A stretch of 64,000 bases of DNA from NCBI GenBank assembly GCA_963849495.1, contig CAWKHN010000012.1:21906-85905 (forward strand). The letters run 5' to 3'. Shown here piece after piece: positions 26,438 to 35,462 of this stretch (positions are counted from its first letter, which is position 1; each line of letters opens with the position of its first letter). The DNA is from an uncultured Chloroflexia bacterium. GTDB taxonomy: Bacteria > Chloroflexota > Limnocylindria > Limnocylindrales > CSP1-4. The position numbers and the translations under genes are program-made. A model generated the notes under the pieces. That model was not told the DNA's origin, ran no database searches, and saw only the letters and a program-made list of their open reading frames with translations.

Positions 26438-27484
26438 CTAGCGAACGCCGGCCGGCACGAGGCTCGGCTCGGCGACGCGGACCAGGGTTTCCTTCATCAG
26501 GAGCGTGACCGTCGCGACGGCCTCGAAGCCTTCCTCCTCGAGCCGCCTGTCGAGCGGCGCCTCGTAGGTGCGAACCGGGGCAAGCACGCCGAGGTGATGG
26601 CCGGCCCTCGGATCCGCCCGGGCGGCGATGACGCCCAGCGCGTACCGGAGCAGGGGCACGACATCTGCCTCCGGCCTTGCCAGCACCTTGAGGTAGTGGG
26701 GTTGATCCTCCTTTGCGACACCGACCTGGACGAAGCCGTCCAGTTGGGTGCCGTCCGAACCGCCACCCGGAGCCTCCTGGACGAACCCGTCGACATCAGC
26801 GAAGCGGAGGATGGGCGCCAGGGAGCTGCGGGGCACCCGCCAGTCACGGCCCTGCCTCTCCCAGTCCGCGAGCCGGAACGCCTCGAGGCGCTGGATCGGG
26901 GCCGGGGTCACCGATGCGTAGAGCCGTGACAGCGCGACGGCGTCCAGGGCGGTGGCCGGGCGGATACGGGCAGCACCGGCTTCCTCGTCGCTCCATGGCG
27001 CCGGCAGCGGATTGGCTGGGTCGCGGAACATCACCCGCTCATCGCCGTAGCGCATGAAGCCTGCCTGCATGAACAGCTCGACGTTGTCGTCAGCGTCGGC
27101 GCAGGCGACATGGAACCGGACCGCCCCCCGTTTTGCACCGTCGCGGAGCAGGTGCTGCACCAGCCGGAACCGCACATCACCCGCGTCGAGACCGCCGACG
27201 GCGTCGAGCTCGACGAGCGTCCACTCGTCGCGCGGGCTCTCACGCTCCACACGCAGCAGGCCGGCGATGTGGCCGTCCCGGTCGAACACGTACAGCACAT
27301 CGTGCGGCCGGAACGCACCCAGCGGCAGACGGAACAGGCTGAACATGCCGATCGGCGGCCCGCTGACGGGCAGCCCGAGCGACCGCGTCCCCTCGACGTC
27401 TCCCTGCGCGAGTCGCGACAGCTCACCCAGGGCGGCGAGGTCCGTCAGCCGGGCGTTCCGCACCTTGCCCGTGCTCCGAGCCAT
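26438..27484 (-). CDS. Hypothetical protein with probable tandem GNAT-like folds
   Basis: [12 protein letters not shown] and [16 protein letters not shown] starts, plus ELFMQAGF and LEEEGF motif-B-like ends. Confidence 0.7.
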   Translation of the reverse strand: MARSTGKVRNARLTDLAALGELSRLAQGDVEGTRSLGLPVSGPPIGMFSLFRLPLGAFRPHDVLYVFDRDGHIAGLLRVERESPRDEWTLVELDAVGGLDAGDVRFRLVQHLLRDGAKRGAVRFHVACADADDNVELFMQAGFMRYGDERVMFRDPANPLPAPWSDEEAGAARIRPATALDAVALSRLYASVTPAPIQRLEAFRLADWERQGRDWRVPRSSLAPILRFADVDGFVQEAPGGGSDGTQLDGFVQVGVAKEDQPHYLKVLARPEADVVPLLRYALGVIAARADPRAGHHLGVLAPVRTYEAPLDRRLEEEGFEAVATVTLLMKETLVRVAEPSLVPAGVR

Positions 27485-27491
27485 GGTGTCG

Positions 27492-28130
27492 TCACCCTCC
27501 CCGCTGCGTGCGGCGGGTCGGATGGGGTCGCCGGCCGACGCCCTCGCCGGGCTCAGCATGCTCAGCCGCCATCGTGGCCACGAGCCGGTGGAAGCGCGTC
27601 TCGCCGGCAAGCTCCGGGTGAAATGACGTCGCGATCACGTTGCGCTCGCGGACCGCGACGATCCGGCCATCGGGCAGCTGCGCCATGACGTCGACGCCCG
27701 GACCGAGCCGCTCGATGACGGGAGCGCGGATGAACACCCCGTGCACCGGTTGCGAGCCCAGCAACGGCACGTCCAGCTCGGCCTCGAACGAATCCAGCTG
27801 GCGCCCGAACGCGTTGCGCCGGACCGTGACGTCCAGCAGCGGCAGGATCGGCGGCTCCCCGCCCATGATCTCGCGTGCGAGCACGATCATCCCGGCGCAG
27901 GTGCCGAACAGGGGCGCGCCACGGTCTGCCAGGTCGAGGATCGGCTGGTGGAGGCCCCAGCGGTCGATGAGGCGACGCATCGTGGTGCTCTCGCCGCCGG
28001 GGATGATCAGGCCGTCCACGTCGTCCAGCTGCGCCGGCAGACGCACCTCGACCGGCTCCACGCCGATCGTGCACAGCACGGCAACGTGCTCCGCGAACGC
28101 CCCTTGCAGGGCGAGCACCCCGATGCGCAT
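27492..28130 (-). CDS. pdxT: PLP synthase glutaminase subunit
   Basis: GVLALQG, PGGESTT, GTCAG, RNAFGRQ, FIRAP and FHPE. Confidence 0.96.
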   Translation of the reverse strand: MRIGVLALQGAFAEHVAVLCTIGVEPVEVRLPAQLDDVDGLIIPGGESTTMRRLIDRWGLHQPILDLADRGAPLFGTCAGMIVLAREIMGGEPPILPLLDVTVRRNAFGRQLDSFEAELDVPLLGSQPVHGVFIRAPVIERLGPGVDVMAQLPDGRIVAVRERNVIATSFHPELAGETRFHRLVATMAAEHAEPGEGVGRRPHPTRRTQRGG

Positions 28131-28159
28131 GGCGCCGGCTCGCCGCCGACCCTGTTCGC

Positions 28160-29044
28160 CTACCAACCGCGGACCGCGAGCCGCTCCTGCTCCGGAATGG
28201 CTTCCATGGCCAGGCCCCGCATCGGCGCTCCCAGGCCCTTGGAAACCTCGGCGATGATCTTCGGGTCCTGGAAGTGCGTGGTGGCCTGCACGATGGCATT
28301 CGCCATCCGTGCCGGGTCCTCGCTCTTGAAGATGCCGGAGCCGACGAACACGCCTTCGGCCCCCAGCTGCATCACCAGCGCGGCATCGGAGGGGGTGCTG
28401 ATCCCGCCGGCGACGAAGTTGACGACCGGGAGCCGTCCGTTTGCCGCAACGTCCCTGACCACGTCGTACGGTGCCCCGAGCTCCTTGGCCGCGACGAACA
28501 GCTCGTCCTCGCGCATGCCCTGGAGACGGCGGATCTCGGCCAGCACGTCGCGCAGCTGGCGAACGGCCTCCACGATGTTGCCGGTGCCCGCCTCGCCCTT
28601 CGTGCGCATCATCGCCGCGCCCTCGTTGATGCGGCGCAGGGCCTCACCGAGGTTCCGGCAACCGCACACGAACGGGACCTTGAACGCGTGCTTGTCGATG
28701 TGGTTCGTCTCGTCGGCCGGCGTGAGCACCTCGGACTCGTCGATGTAGTCGACGCCGAGCGCCTCGAGGACCTGCGCCTCGACGAAGTGGCCGATCCGGG
28801 CCTTGGCCATGACGGGGATCGTCACGGTCTCCATGATCTCCACGATCATCGCGGGATCCGACATGCGGGCGACACCGCCGGCGGCACGGATATCGGCCGG
28901 GACGCGCTCGAGCGCCATCACGGCGACGGCGCCGGCTTCCTCGGCGATGCGGGCCTGCTCCGGGGTGACGACGTCCATGATGACGCCGCCCTTGAGCATC
29001 TGGGCGAGGCCCTTCTTGGTGGCCCAGGTGGAGGTTTCAGTCAT
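28160..29044 (-). CDS. pdxS: PLP synthase lyase subunit
   Basis: [26 protein letters not shown] and RTKGEAGTG. Confidence 0.97.
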   Translation of the reverse strand: MTETSTWATKKGLAQMLKGGVIMDVVTPEQARIAEEAGAVAVMALERVPADIRAAGGVARMSDPAMIVEIMETVTIPVMAKARIGHFVEAQVLEALGVDYIDESEVLTPADETNHIDKHAFKVPFVCGCRNLGEALRRINEGAAMMRTKGEAGTGNIVEAVRQLRDVLAEIRRLQGMREDELFVAAKELGAPYDVVRDVAANGRLPVVNFVAGGISTPSDAALVMQLGAEGVFVGSGIFKSEDPARMANAIVQATTHFQDPKIIAEVSKGLGAPMRGLAMEAIPEQERLAVRGW

Positions 29045-29210
29045 GGCTGGCAGGGCTCTCCGGGAGGACGCGTGAGTGGTCGGCCGGTCGACTGGCCCCG
29101 GGGTCGTCGCCCGTTCGAGTCGGTTCGGTCCGACGTCACTGTCAAATTATCGCATGCGTGGCGGCGCCGCCCCATCATGCGCCGTCGAACCGGACCAGAA
29201 CCGGTGGCGC

Positions 29211-29954
29211 CTAGCGCACCAGGGTGCGGACCACGCCCGACATCAGCGTCGTGGCGCGCCGGGCGGAGGTTGGCGACAGCCGGCTCAAGGCCTCGACCAG
29301 GCCGAGGACGTCGTCGTCCGGAAGCCCGTCGAGGAGCTTCACGAGCCGCATCACCGTGTCGTCCGGGACCTCGCCGAGGAGTCGCAGCGCGCGCTCCAGC
29401 TCCGTGGGCTCGAGCCGCGACACGAGCCCGACGGCCCGGTCGAACAGCCGGACGAACACGAGGAACGTCGACAGCCAGTCACGAAGGCGGAGGAGATCCG
29501 GATCACCGGGGTGCTGCTGGAGAGCCGTGAACGTGTCGGCGAGCGTCCGCTCGAGAACGATGACGATGGGGTCCCCTTCGCGGACCTTGCGCTCCGCAAC
29601 GACGCGCCCGAACCAGCGCCAGTGGTCTCCGATCGCCATGTAGGCGGTGCCGGCCGGGCCGCGCCGCCCCACCCGGCGAGGCTCGGCGACTCGTTCCACC
29701 AGGCCCCACGCCTCGGCCTCGGCGAGCGCGAGGCTGGCTGCCCGGTGACTGAGGTTCAGTGCCTCGCGGACCTCGCGCTCGGTCAGCGGCTGCTGGCGCG
29801 CCATGAGGTAAGCGTGCACGCGTGCGATCGCCGGCGCGACGCCCCAGGCAGCGCCCATCTCGCCCCACGCGTCGGCCAGACGGAGACGGATCTCCTCGGC
29901 CATGGTCGAGGTCGGGCGCCTGTTCGCCTCGATCGCGGTGGCAGCATCGATCAC
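29211..29954 (-). CDS. GbsR/MarR-like winged-helix transcriptional regulator with C-terminal extension
   Basis: WGEMGAAWGV..AIARVHAYL...PLT...AEAEAWGLVER pattern. Start may be ATG 29903. Confidence 0.75.
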   Translation of the reverse strand: MIDAATAIEANRRPTSTMAEEIRLRLADAWGEMGAAWGVAPAIARVHAYLMARQQPLTEREVREALNLSHRAASLALAEAEAWGLVERVAEPRRVGRRGPAGTAYMAIGDHWRWFGRVVAERKVREGDPIVIVLERTLADTFTALQQHPGDPDLLRLRDWLSTFLVFVRLFDRAVGLVSRLEPTELERALRLLGEVPDDTVMRLVKLLDGLPDDDVLGLVEALSRLSPTSARRATTLMSGVVRTLVR

Positions 29955-30114
29955 GTCGGCATCCTACTCCGTGCCGGGGCCTCGGACAGAAACCTGCACC
30001 CGGAGGATAGCCGATTTCCGACCCACGGCTGTGAACCCGGCGAGGCCGTGAGCCCGGGCGCCCATCGGCCAGACGGCGCAGGCGGTCTGCGCGTCGCTCG
30101 CATAGGATGCGCCG

Positions 30115-31380
30115 ATGACCGACACCATCCACGACGCCGCGGCCCGTGGCTTCGCGGCCGCCGCCGACGCCTATGAGCGCTCCCGCCCGGACTACCCGTC
30201 CGCCGCCGTGGCCACGATCGTGGAACGCCTGGACCTGCGGCCCGGACGAACCGTGCTGGAGCTGGGTGCCGGCACCGGGAAGCTCACCCGCCTGCTCGTG
30301 CCCTCAGGTGCCCGGGTCGTGGCCGTCGAGCCCGTGGAGGAGATGCGCGCGAAGCTCGCGTCCGCGGCACCCTCCGCTGAACTGATCGACGGCACGGCGG
30401 AGTCGATCCCGCTGCCGGGGGCGTCGGTGGACGCTGTCGTCGCCGCCCAGGCGTTCCACTGGTTCGATGCGATCCGCGCCCTGTCGGAGATCCACCGTGT
30501 GCTGCGACCGGGCGGCCGGCTGCTCCTGGCGTGGAACTTCCGGGACCAATCGGTGCCGTGGGTGCACGAGCTGGGCGCCCTGATGCACAGGCTGGCGAGG
30601 AACGAGCCGCAGGCGTGGGACCAGGAATGGCGCGACGCGCTCGCACGCTGTGGGTTGTTCACACCGTTCGAATCCTCGACCTTCCACCACGTCCATGCGC
30701 TCACGCCGGATGCCGTCCGGGATCGGGTGGCGTCCATCAGCTACGTGGCGGCCGCGGCACCCGCGGCACGAGCCGCGGTGCTGGCAGACGTGGCCGCGTT
30801 GCTCCGCTCCGACCCGGACACGGCCGGCCGCGCCGTCGTCGACCTGCCGTACACGACGGAGATCATGTGGGCGGAGCGGGAGACGATCGAGCCGGGACAT
30901 GCCGGCATCGTGGCTTCCGTCAATGTCAACGGGGGCGGCGTGCCCAAGCCGCCGATCGACCGGACACTCGTCCTGACGCTGGGCCTGGAGGGCGATGGCC
31001 ATACCGAGCCGGAGCCGGTTCACGGCGGGCTGGACGGAGCTGTGTGCCTGTACGCGCAGGAGGCGATCGAGCGAGTGCGCGCGGACGGACACGCGGCGTT
31101 CCCCGGCGCCTACGGTGAGAACCTCACCGTCCTCGGGCTGGACTGGGCGGCCCTGCGCCCGGGCGACCGGCTCGCGCTGGGTGAGGGTGATGACGGGCCG
31201 CTGCTGGAGCTGACGACCCCTGCCGCGCCCTGCCAGACGATCGCTCACTGGTTCGTCGAGCGACGCATCGCGCGGATCAGCCCGAAGACCCGCCCGGAGG
31301 ATGCCCGCTGGTACGCCCGGGTCGTGCGGGAGGGGCCGGTCGCACCCGGGGTGACGGTCAGGCGGATCCCGGCCGCGTAG
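30115..31380 (+). CDS. Class I SAM methyltransferase - MOSC domain fusion
   Basis: YERSRPDYP, LELGAGTGK and AQAFHWFD, then GGVPK, HGG..AVCLY, GENL, PC and WYARV. Confidence 0.88.
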   Translation: MTDTIHDAAARGFAAAADAYERSRPDYPSAAVATIVERLDLRPGRTVLELGAGTGKLTRLLVPSGARVVAVEPVEEMRAKLASAAPSAELIDGTAESIPLPGASVDAVVAAQAFHWFDAIRALSEIHRVLRPGGRLLLAWNFRDQSVPWVHELGALMHRLARNEPQAWDQEWRDALARCGLFTPFESSTFHHVHALTPDAVRDRVASISYVAAAAPAARAAVLADVAALLRSDPDTAGRAVVDLPYTTEIMWAERETIEPGHAGIVASVNVNGGGVPKPPIDRTLVLTLGLEGDGHTEPEPVHGGLDGAVCLYAQEAIERVRADGHAAFPGAYGENLTVLGLDWAALRPGDRLALGEGDDGPLLELTTPAAPCQTIAHWFVERRIARISPKTRPEDARWYARVVREGPVAPGVTVRRIPAA

Positions 31381-31473
31381 AGCGACAGGCGTCGCATCGG
31401 TGCGGCTGCGCGGCAGCGCGGCCCCGTTTGTGCCTCGTCGCGCTACCCTTCCACCTGGCGTACCGGAGGACCC

Positions 31474-31674
31474 ATGACCAGCAAGACCGGGACCGGCAGC
31501 GACACGCCGGCCGCGACACGCGAACAGCTCCTCGCCCAGCACGCGGAGGCCCGCGCGCGACGCAACGCCGCCCCGCTCGGCGGCCACGACTGGGAGGCCG
31601 CTTCCGCCGACGTCGCGCGCATCGAGGTCGAGATCGCCCGCATCGAGCGGGCCACGGACCCGCCCCGGGTCTGA
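31474..31674 (+). CDS. Small hypothetical helical protein (66 aa)
   Basis: GGAGGA RBS, coiled-coil-like sequence, fits the intergenic gap. Confidence 0.65.
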   Translation: MTSKTGTGSDTPAATREQLLAQHAEARARRNAAPLGGHDWEAASADVARIEVEIARIERATDPPRV

Positions 31675-31747
31675 CGAGGAGCCCGCCGCCAAGACGTCGA
31701 TCCAGCCGCTCGCCGCCACCGCCGACGGTCCTGTTATCGTTCGGCCG

Positions 31748-32263
31748 ATGGACGGTGTCGTGCTCGTTCTGAACCAGAACTACGAGCCGCTGAACGTCTG
31801 CAACATCCCGCGGGCGTTCCGGCTCCTGTTCGGCTCCAAGGCCGAGGTCATCGAGTACAACCACGCCGAGATCCGGACGGTCCGGCAGGTCTATCGCGCG
31901 CCGTCGGTGATCCGCCTCCAGCACCACATCCGCAGGCCACGCCCGCGCGTGAAGCTGACCCGCCGCGAGATCTTCGCGCGGGACCGCCACACCTGCCAGT
32001 ACTGCGGACGCCAGGCGCACGACCTGACGCTCGATCACGTGATGCCCCGTCACCGCGGTGGCACGCACACCTGGGACAACCTGGTCGCGGCCTGCAAGAC
32101 CTGCAACCACCGCAAGGGCGGACACACGCCCGAAGAGGCACGGCTCAAGCTCACCCGTCCCCCGTTCGAGCCGCGCAGCGACCTCTACTCGCTGTTCACG
32201 CCCTATCTCGAGGACGACCGGAACGAGGCCTGGAGGTCCTACCTCTTCCTCGGCCGCAACTGA
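31748..32263 (+). CDS. HNH endonuclease (McrA-like)
   Basis: VLVLN..YEPL, RD.HTCQYCG, DHVMP.HRGG and NLVAACKTCNHRKG. Confidence 0.92.
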   Translation: MDGVVLVLNQNYEPLNVCNIPRAFRLLFGSKAEVIEYNHAEIRTVRQVYRAPSVIRLQHHIRRPRPRVKLTRREIFARDRHTCQYCGRQAHDLTLDHVMPRHRGGTHTWDNLVAACKTCNHRKGGHTPEEARLKLTRPPFEPRSDLYSLFTPYLEDDRNEAWRSYLFLGRN

Positions 32264-32268
32264 GGTCC

Positions 32269-33651
32269 GTGGTGTCCGCTTCGGACCCCACGGGCGCGCG
32301 GCTCTCCACCGTCGTCCCGCCCCGGGTCCGGGGTCTCATCGAGCATCTGCACGATGCCGGCCACGGCGCGTTCGTCGTCGGCGGCTCGCTCCGCGATGTG
32401 CTGCTGGACCGCCCGCCCGCCGACTGGGACCTCGCGACCGACGCCCGTCCCGAACGGATCGTGGAGCTGTTCCCTGGTGCCGTGTACGAGAACCGCTTCG
32501 GAACGGTGGCGGTCCGCCGGGACGAGGACGTGTTCGAGATCACGACCTTCCGGACCGAGCACGACTACGCCGACTTCCGCCGGCCACACCGGGTGGAGTT
32601 CGGCGACGACGTGGTCGCGGACCTGGCCCGTCGCGACTTCACCGTCAATGCCATCGCCTGGGGCCGAACCGCGGATGATGAGGGCCCGAATGCGATCCGG
32701 GATCCGTTCGACGGGAGAGCGGACCTCGCGGGGCGACGGCTGGGCGCCGTGGGTGACCCGGATGCGCGCTTCCGCGAGGACGCCCTGCGGATGATCCGGG
32801 CGGTGCGCCTGGCAGCCACGCTCGGCTTCGAGATCGAGCCCGCGACGCTGGCTGCGATCCGAGCCAACGCCCTGCTCGTCGGACACCTGTCGGGTGAGCG
32901 GATCGGAGCGGAGCTGGAGAAGCTGCTGGCGGCGCCGGCCCCGTCGATCGGGCTGCGCCTGGCGTTCGACACGGGTCTGCTGGCAATCATCTCCCCGGAG
33001 CTCGCCCGGCAGCGCGGGATCACCCAGAACAAGATTGACGGCGAGGATCTCTGGGACCACACGCTGCGGGCGGTGGACGCGGCACCGGCAGACCGGCCCG
33101 TCGTCCGCCTGGCGGCCCTCCTCCACGACATCGCCAAGCCGGCGACACTCGCCGACGGGCACTTCCACCACCATGACGTGGTCGGGGCGACGATGGCGGA
33201 TGAGCTCCTGCGCCGGCTGCGATTCCCGCGCGCCGCCGCGGACGAGGTCATCCACCTCATCCGTCACCACATGTTCACCGTCGACGCCGACGCCAGCGAC
33301 TACGCCGTGCGCCGGTTCATCAAGCGGATCGGGCGCGACTCCATCGACATGCTGTTCGAGCTCAGGCGTGCGGACGACATCGGGAGCGGGGTCCCGCCGG
33401 ACGATCCGGCGCAGCTCGCGTTCCGAGCGCGGATCGAGGCCGAGATCGCCGCGGAGGTCGTGCTCGACCGCAACGCTCTTGCGATCGACGGCGGCGACCT
33501 GATCCGCGAGCTGGGCCTGCAGCCCGGCCCGCGCCTCGGTGGCGTGCTGGAGGCGCTGGTCGAGAAGGTGCTCGCAGATCCAGGCCTCAATGACCCGGCC
33601 ACCCTGATGCTGCTCGCACAGGGCATGCTTGCCGACATGGGTGATTCATGA
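32269..33651 (+). CDS. cca: tRNA nucleotidyltransferase (CCA-adding/poly(A) polymerase family) with HD domain
   Basis: VGGSLRD...DWDLAT, EITTFRTE.DY.D.RRP loop, DLARRDFTVNA, EDALRMIRAVR and LLHDIAKP. Confidence 0.88.
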   Translation: MVSASDPTGARLSTVVPPRVRGLIEHLHDAGHGAFVVGGSLRDVLLDRPPADWDLATDARPERIVELFPGAVYENRFGTVAVRRDEDVFEITTFRTEHDYADFRRPHRVEFGDDVVADLARRDFTVNAIAWGRTADDEGPNAIRDPFDGRADLAGRRLGAVGDPDARFREDALRMIRAVRLAATLGFEIEPATLAAIRANALLVGHLSGERIGAELEKLLAAPAPSIGLRLAFDTGLLAIISPELARQRGITQNKIDGEDLWDHTLRAVDAAPADRPVVRLAALLHDIAKPATLADGHFHHHDVVGATMADELLRRLRFPRAAADEVIHLIRHHMFTVDADASDYAVRRFIKRIGRDSIDMLFELRRADDIGSGVPPDDPAQLAFRARIEAEIAAEVVLDRNALAIDGGDLIRELGLQPGPRLGGVLEALVEKVLADPGLNDPATLMLLAQGMLADMGDS

Positions 33652-34406
33652 TCGAGCTCCTTCTTCAGGCGGAGCGGGCCCTGGCCGTGGGGCTCGTCGA
33701 CCACGCGGAGCGCCTGTACCGCCAGGCCATCGCAGCGGACCCGCGCAACTCGATCGCCGTCGTCGGGCTGGCGCGCGTGGCCCTGGAGCGCGCGGACGAT
33801 GCGGAGGCATACCGCCGCGCCAGGCAGGCGCTGACCATCGACCCGGAGAACGTCGCGGCACTGCGGCTGACCGGCCGGCTCGAGGAGGTCTACGCGCACC
33901 GGGGTGAGACACTGCCGGGTGTTGACGACGCGCGTGCGATCTCCGCACCCGCGAGTTCCGCACCCGTCATGGCCCAGGCCGGGCCTCCGGTCGCCTCGAT
34001 CGCTGCGGGAGCGCCCGTGGCTCCGACCGGACATCTGACTGCAGAACCCGCGGTCGAGCCTGCCGCACCCGCGATCGCGCCCCCGGCACCGGCGATCGAG
34101 CCTGCCGCCGCGCAGGCCACCCCGGCGATCCCGGTCATCCAGGCCGCCCCGGCCATCCAGCCCCCGGTGGCCGCACCGGTCCCGGCAGCCGCGGTCCCGG
34201 CAGCCGCGGTCCCGGCAGCTGCGGTCCCTGCCGCTGGCGCGGCCCTCGAGCCTGCGGCCACACCTGCCGTCACGCCGCCGCCGACCGAGGCGCCGACCGC
34301 GCAGGTGAAAGCTCCGCCCGTTCGGACACCGGCACCGGCTCCCGGTCCCCCTCCACCTGTCCACCGCTCCTTCCTCGATCGCCTGTTGCGGAGGAATCGT
34401 CCATGA
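33648..34406 (+). CDS. TPR protein with long Pro/Ala-rich tail
   Basis: Two TPR-like helix pairs (AERLYRQAIAADPRN, ARQALTIDPEN) and a low-complexity C-terminal half. Confidence 0.8.
   Translation: MIELLLQAERALAVGLVDHAERLYRQAIAADPRNSIAVVGLARVALERADDAEAYRRARQALTIDPENVAALRLTGRLEEVYAHRGETLPGVDDARAISAPASSAPVMAQAGPPVASIAAGAPVAPTGHLTAEPAVEPAAPAIAPPAPAIEPAAAQATPAIPVIQAAPAIQPPVAAPVPAAAVPAAAVPAAAVPAAGAALEPAATPAVTPPPTEAPTAQVKAPPVRTPAPAPGPPPPVHRSFLDRLLRRNRP
34177..34236. repeat. 15-bp tandem repeat x4 (CGGTCCCGGCAGCCG; encodes VPAAA)
   Basis: Read directly. The last two copies are degenerate. Confidence 0.8.
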
Positions 34407-35413
34407 AGATCCTGGTCACCGGCGGCGCCGGCTACGTGGGCGGCGTGTCCGTGGACGCGCTCCTCGCCGCCGGACACGACGTCGTCGTGCTGGACGACCT
34501 CAGCACCGGCCACGCGCCGGTCGTCAACCCCGCGGCCCGCCTCACGGTGGGCAGCTATGTGGACGAGGCGGCCACCCGAACGCTCCTGGAGACGGAGCGA
34601 ATCGACGCGATCCTTCACTGTGCCGCCCGCTCTCTGGTCGGCGAGAGTGTTCTCGACCCCGCGAAGTACTACCGCGACAACGTGGCCGGGGGCATCGCGC
34701 TGCTGGAGGCCGCGCGCTCGGCCGGCGTCCGGCGGGTGGTGTTCTCGTCGACGGCAGCGGTCTACGGCGTGCCGGACGCGACCCCGATCCCGGAGGACGC
34801 TCCGCTCCGGCCGATCAACACGTACGGCGAGACGAAGCGCACGTTCGAGGGGGCACTCCACTGGTACGGCCAGGCGTACGGGCTCCGGAGCGTCATCCTC
34901 CGCTACTTCAACGTTGCCGGTGCGACGCAACGCCTCGGAGAGATCCACCGTCCCGAGACCCACCTGATCCCGAACGTGCTGATCGCGGTCGAGGGAGGCC
35001 GGCCGCTCACCCTGTTCGGCGAGGACTACCCGACGCCGGACGGGACGCCGATCCGCGACTACATCCACGTCGAGGACCTCGCGGACGCGCATGTCGCGGC
35101 ACTCGAGGCCACGGCCCCGGAAGACGCCAGGACCGGACCAGCGTCCGGTTCGACGACGCCCGTGATCGCCAACCTCGGGACCGCATCCGGGTTCTCGGTC
35201 CGCGAGGTGCTCCGTGCGGCCGAGGCCGTCGTGGGCCGACCCGTGCCCCACTCGGTGGGACCGCGCCGGCCCGGGGATCCGCCGGTGCTGGTGGCGTCCA
35301 ACGCGAAGGCGCGCGACGTCCTGGGCTGGACGCCCGCACGCTCGACGCTGGACGAGATGATCGGCTCCGCGTGGGCTTGGCGGGTCGCGCATCCGGGCGG
35401 CTACGGGGACTGA
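34403..35413 (+). CDS. galE: UDP-glucose 4-epimerase
   Basis: GGAGYVG, VGES, FSSTAAVYG, YGETK, LRYFNVAGA and DGTPIRDYIHV. Confidence 0.95.
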   Translation: MKILVTGGAGYVGGVSVDALLAAGHDVVVLDDLSTGHAPVVNPAARLTVGSYVDEAATRTLLETERIDAILHCAARSLVGESVLDPAKYYRDNVAGGIALLEAARSAGVRRVVFSSTAAVYGVPDATPIPEDAPLRPINTYGETKRTFEGALHWYGQAYGLRSVILRYFNVAGATQRLGEIHRPETHLIPNVLIAVEGGRPLTLFGEDYPTPDGTPIRDYIHVEDLADAHVAALEATAPEDARTGPASGSTTPVIANLGTASGFSVREVLRAAEAVVGRPVPHSVGPRRPGDPPVLVASNAKARDVLGWTPARSTLDEMIGSAWAWRVAHPGGYGD

Positions 35414-35462
35414 GGCCCCGGGGCCGCGCGGTCAGGTCACATTCGGAGGCACGCCCCGACGG

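Noticed and set aside
31748-32263. HNH nuclease as a defence or mobile system
   Set aside because: Common stand-alone McrA-like family in a housekeeping operon, with no methylase, repeats or element ends.
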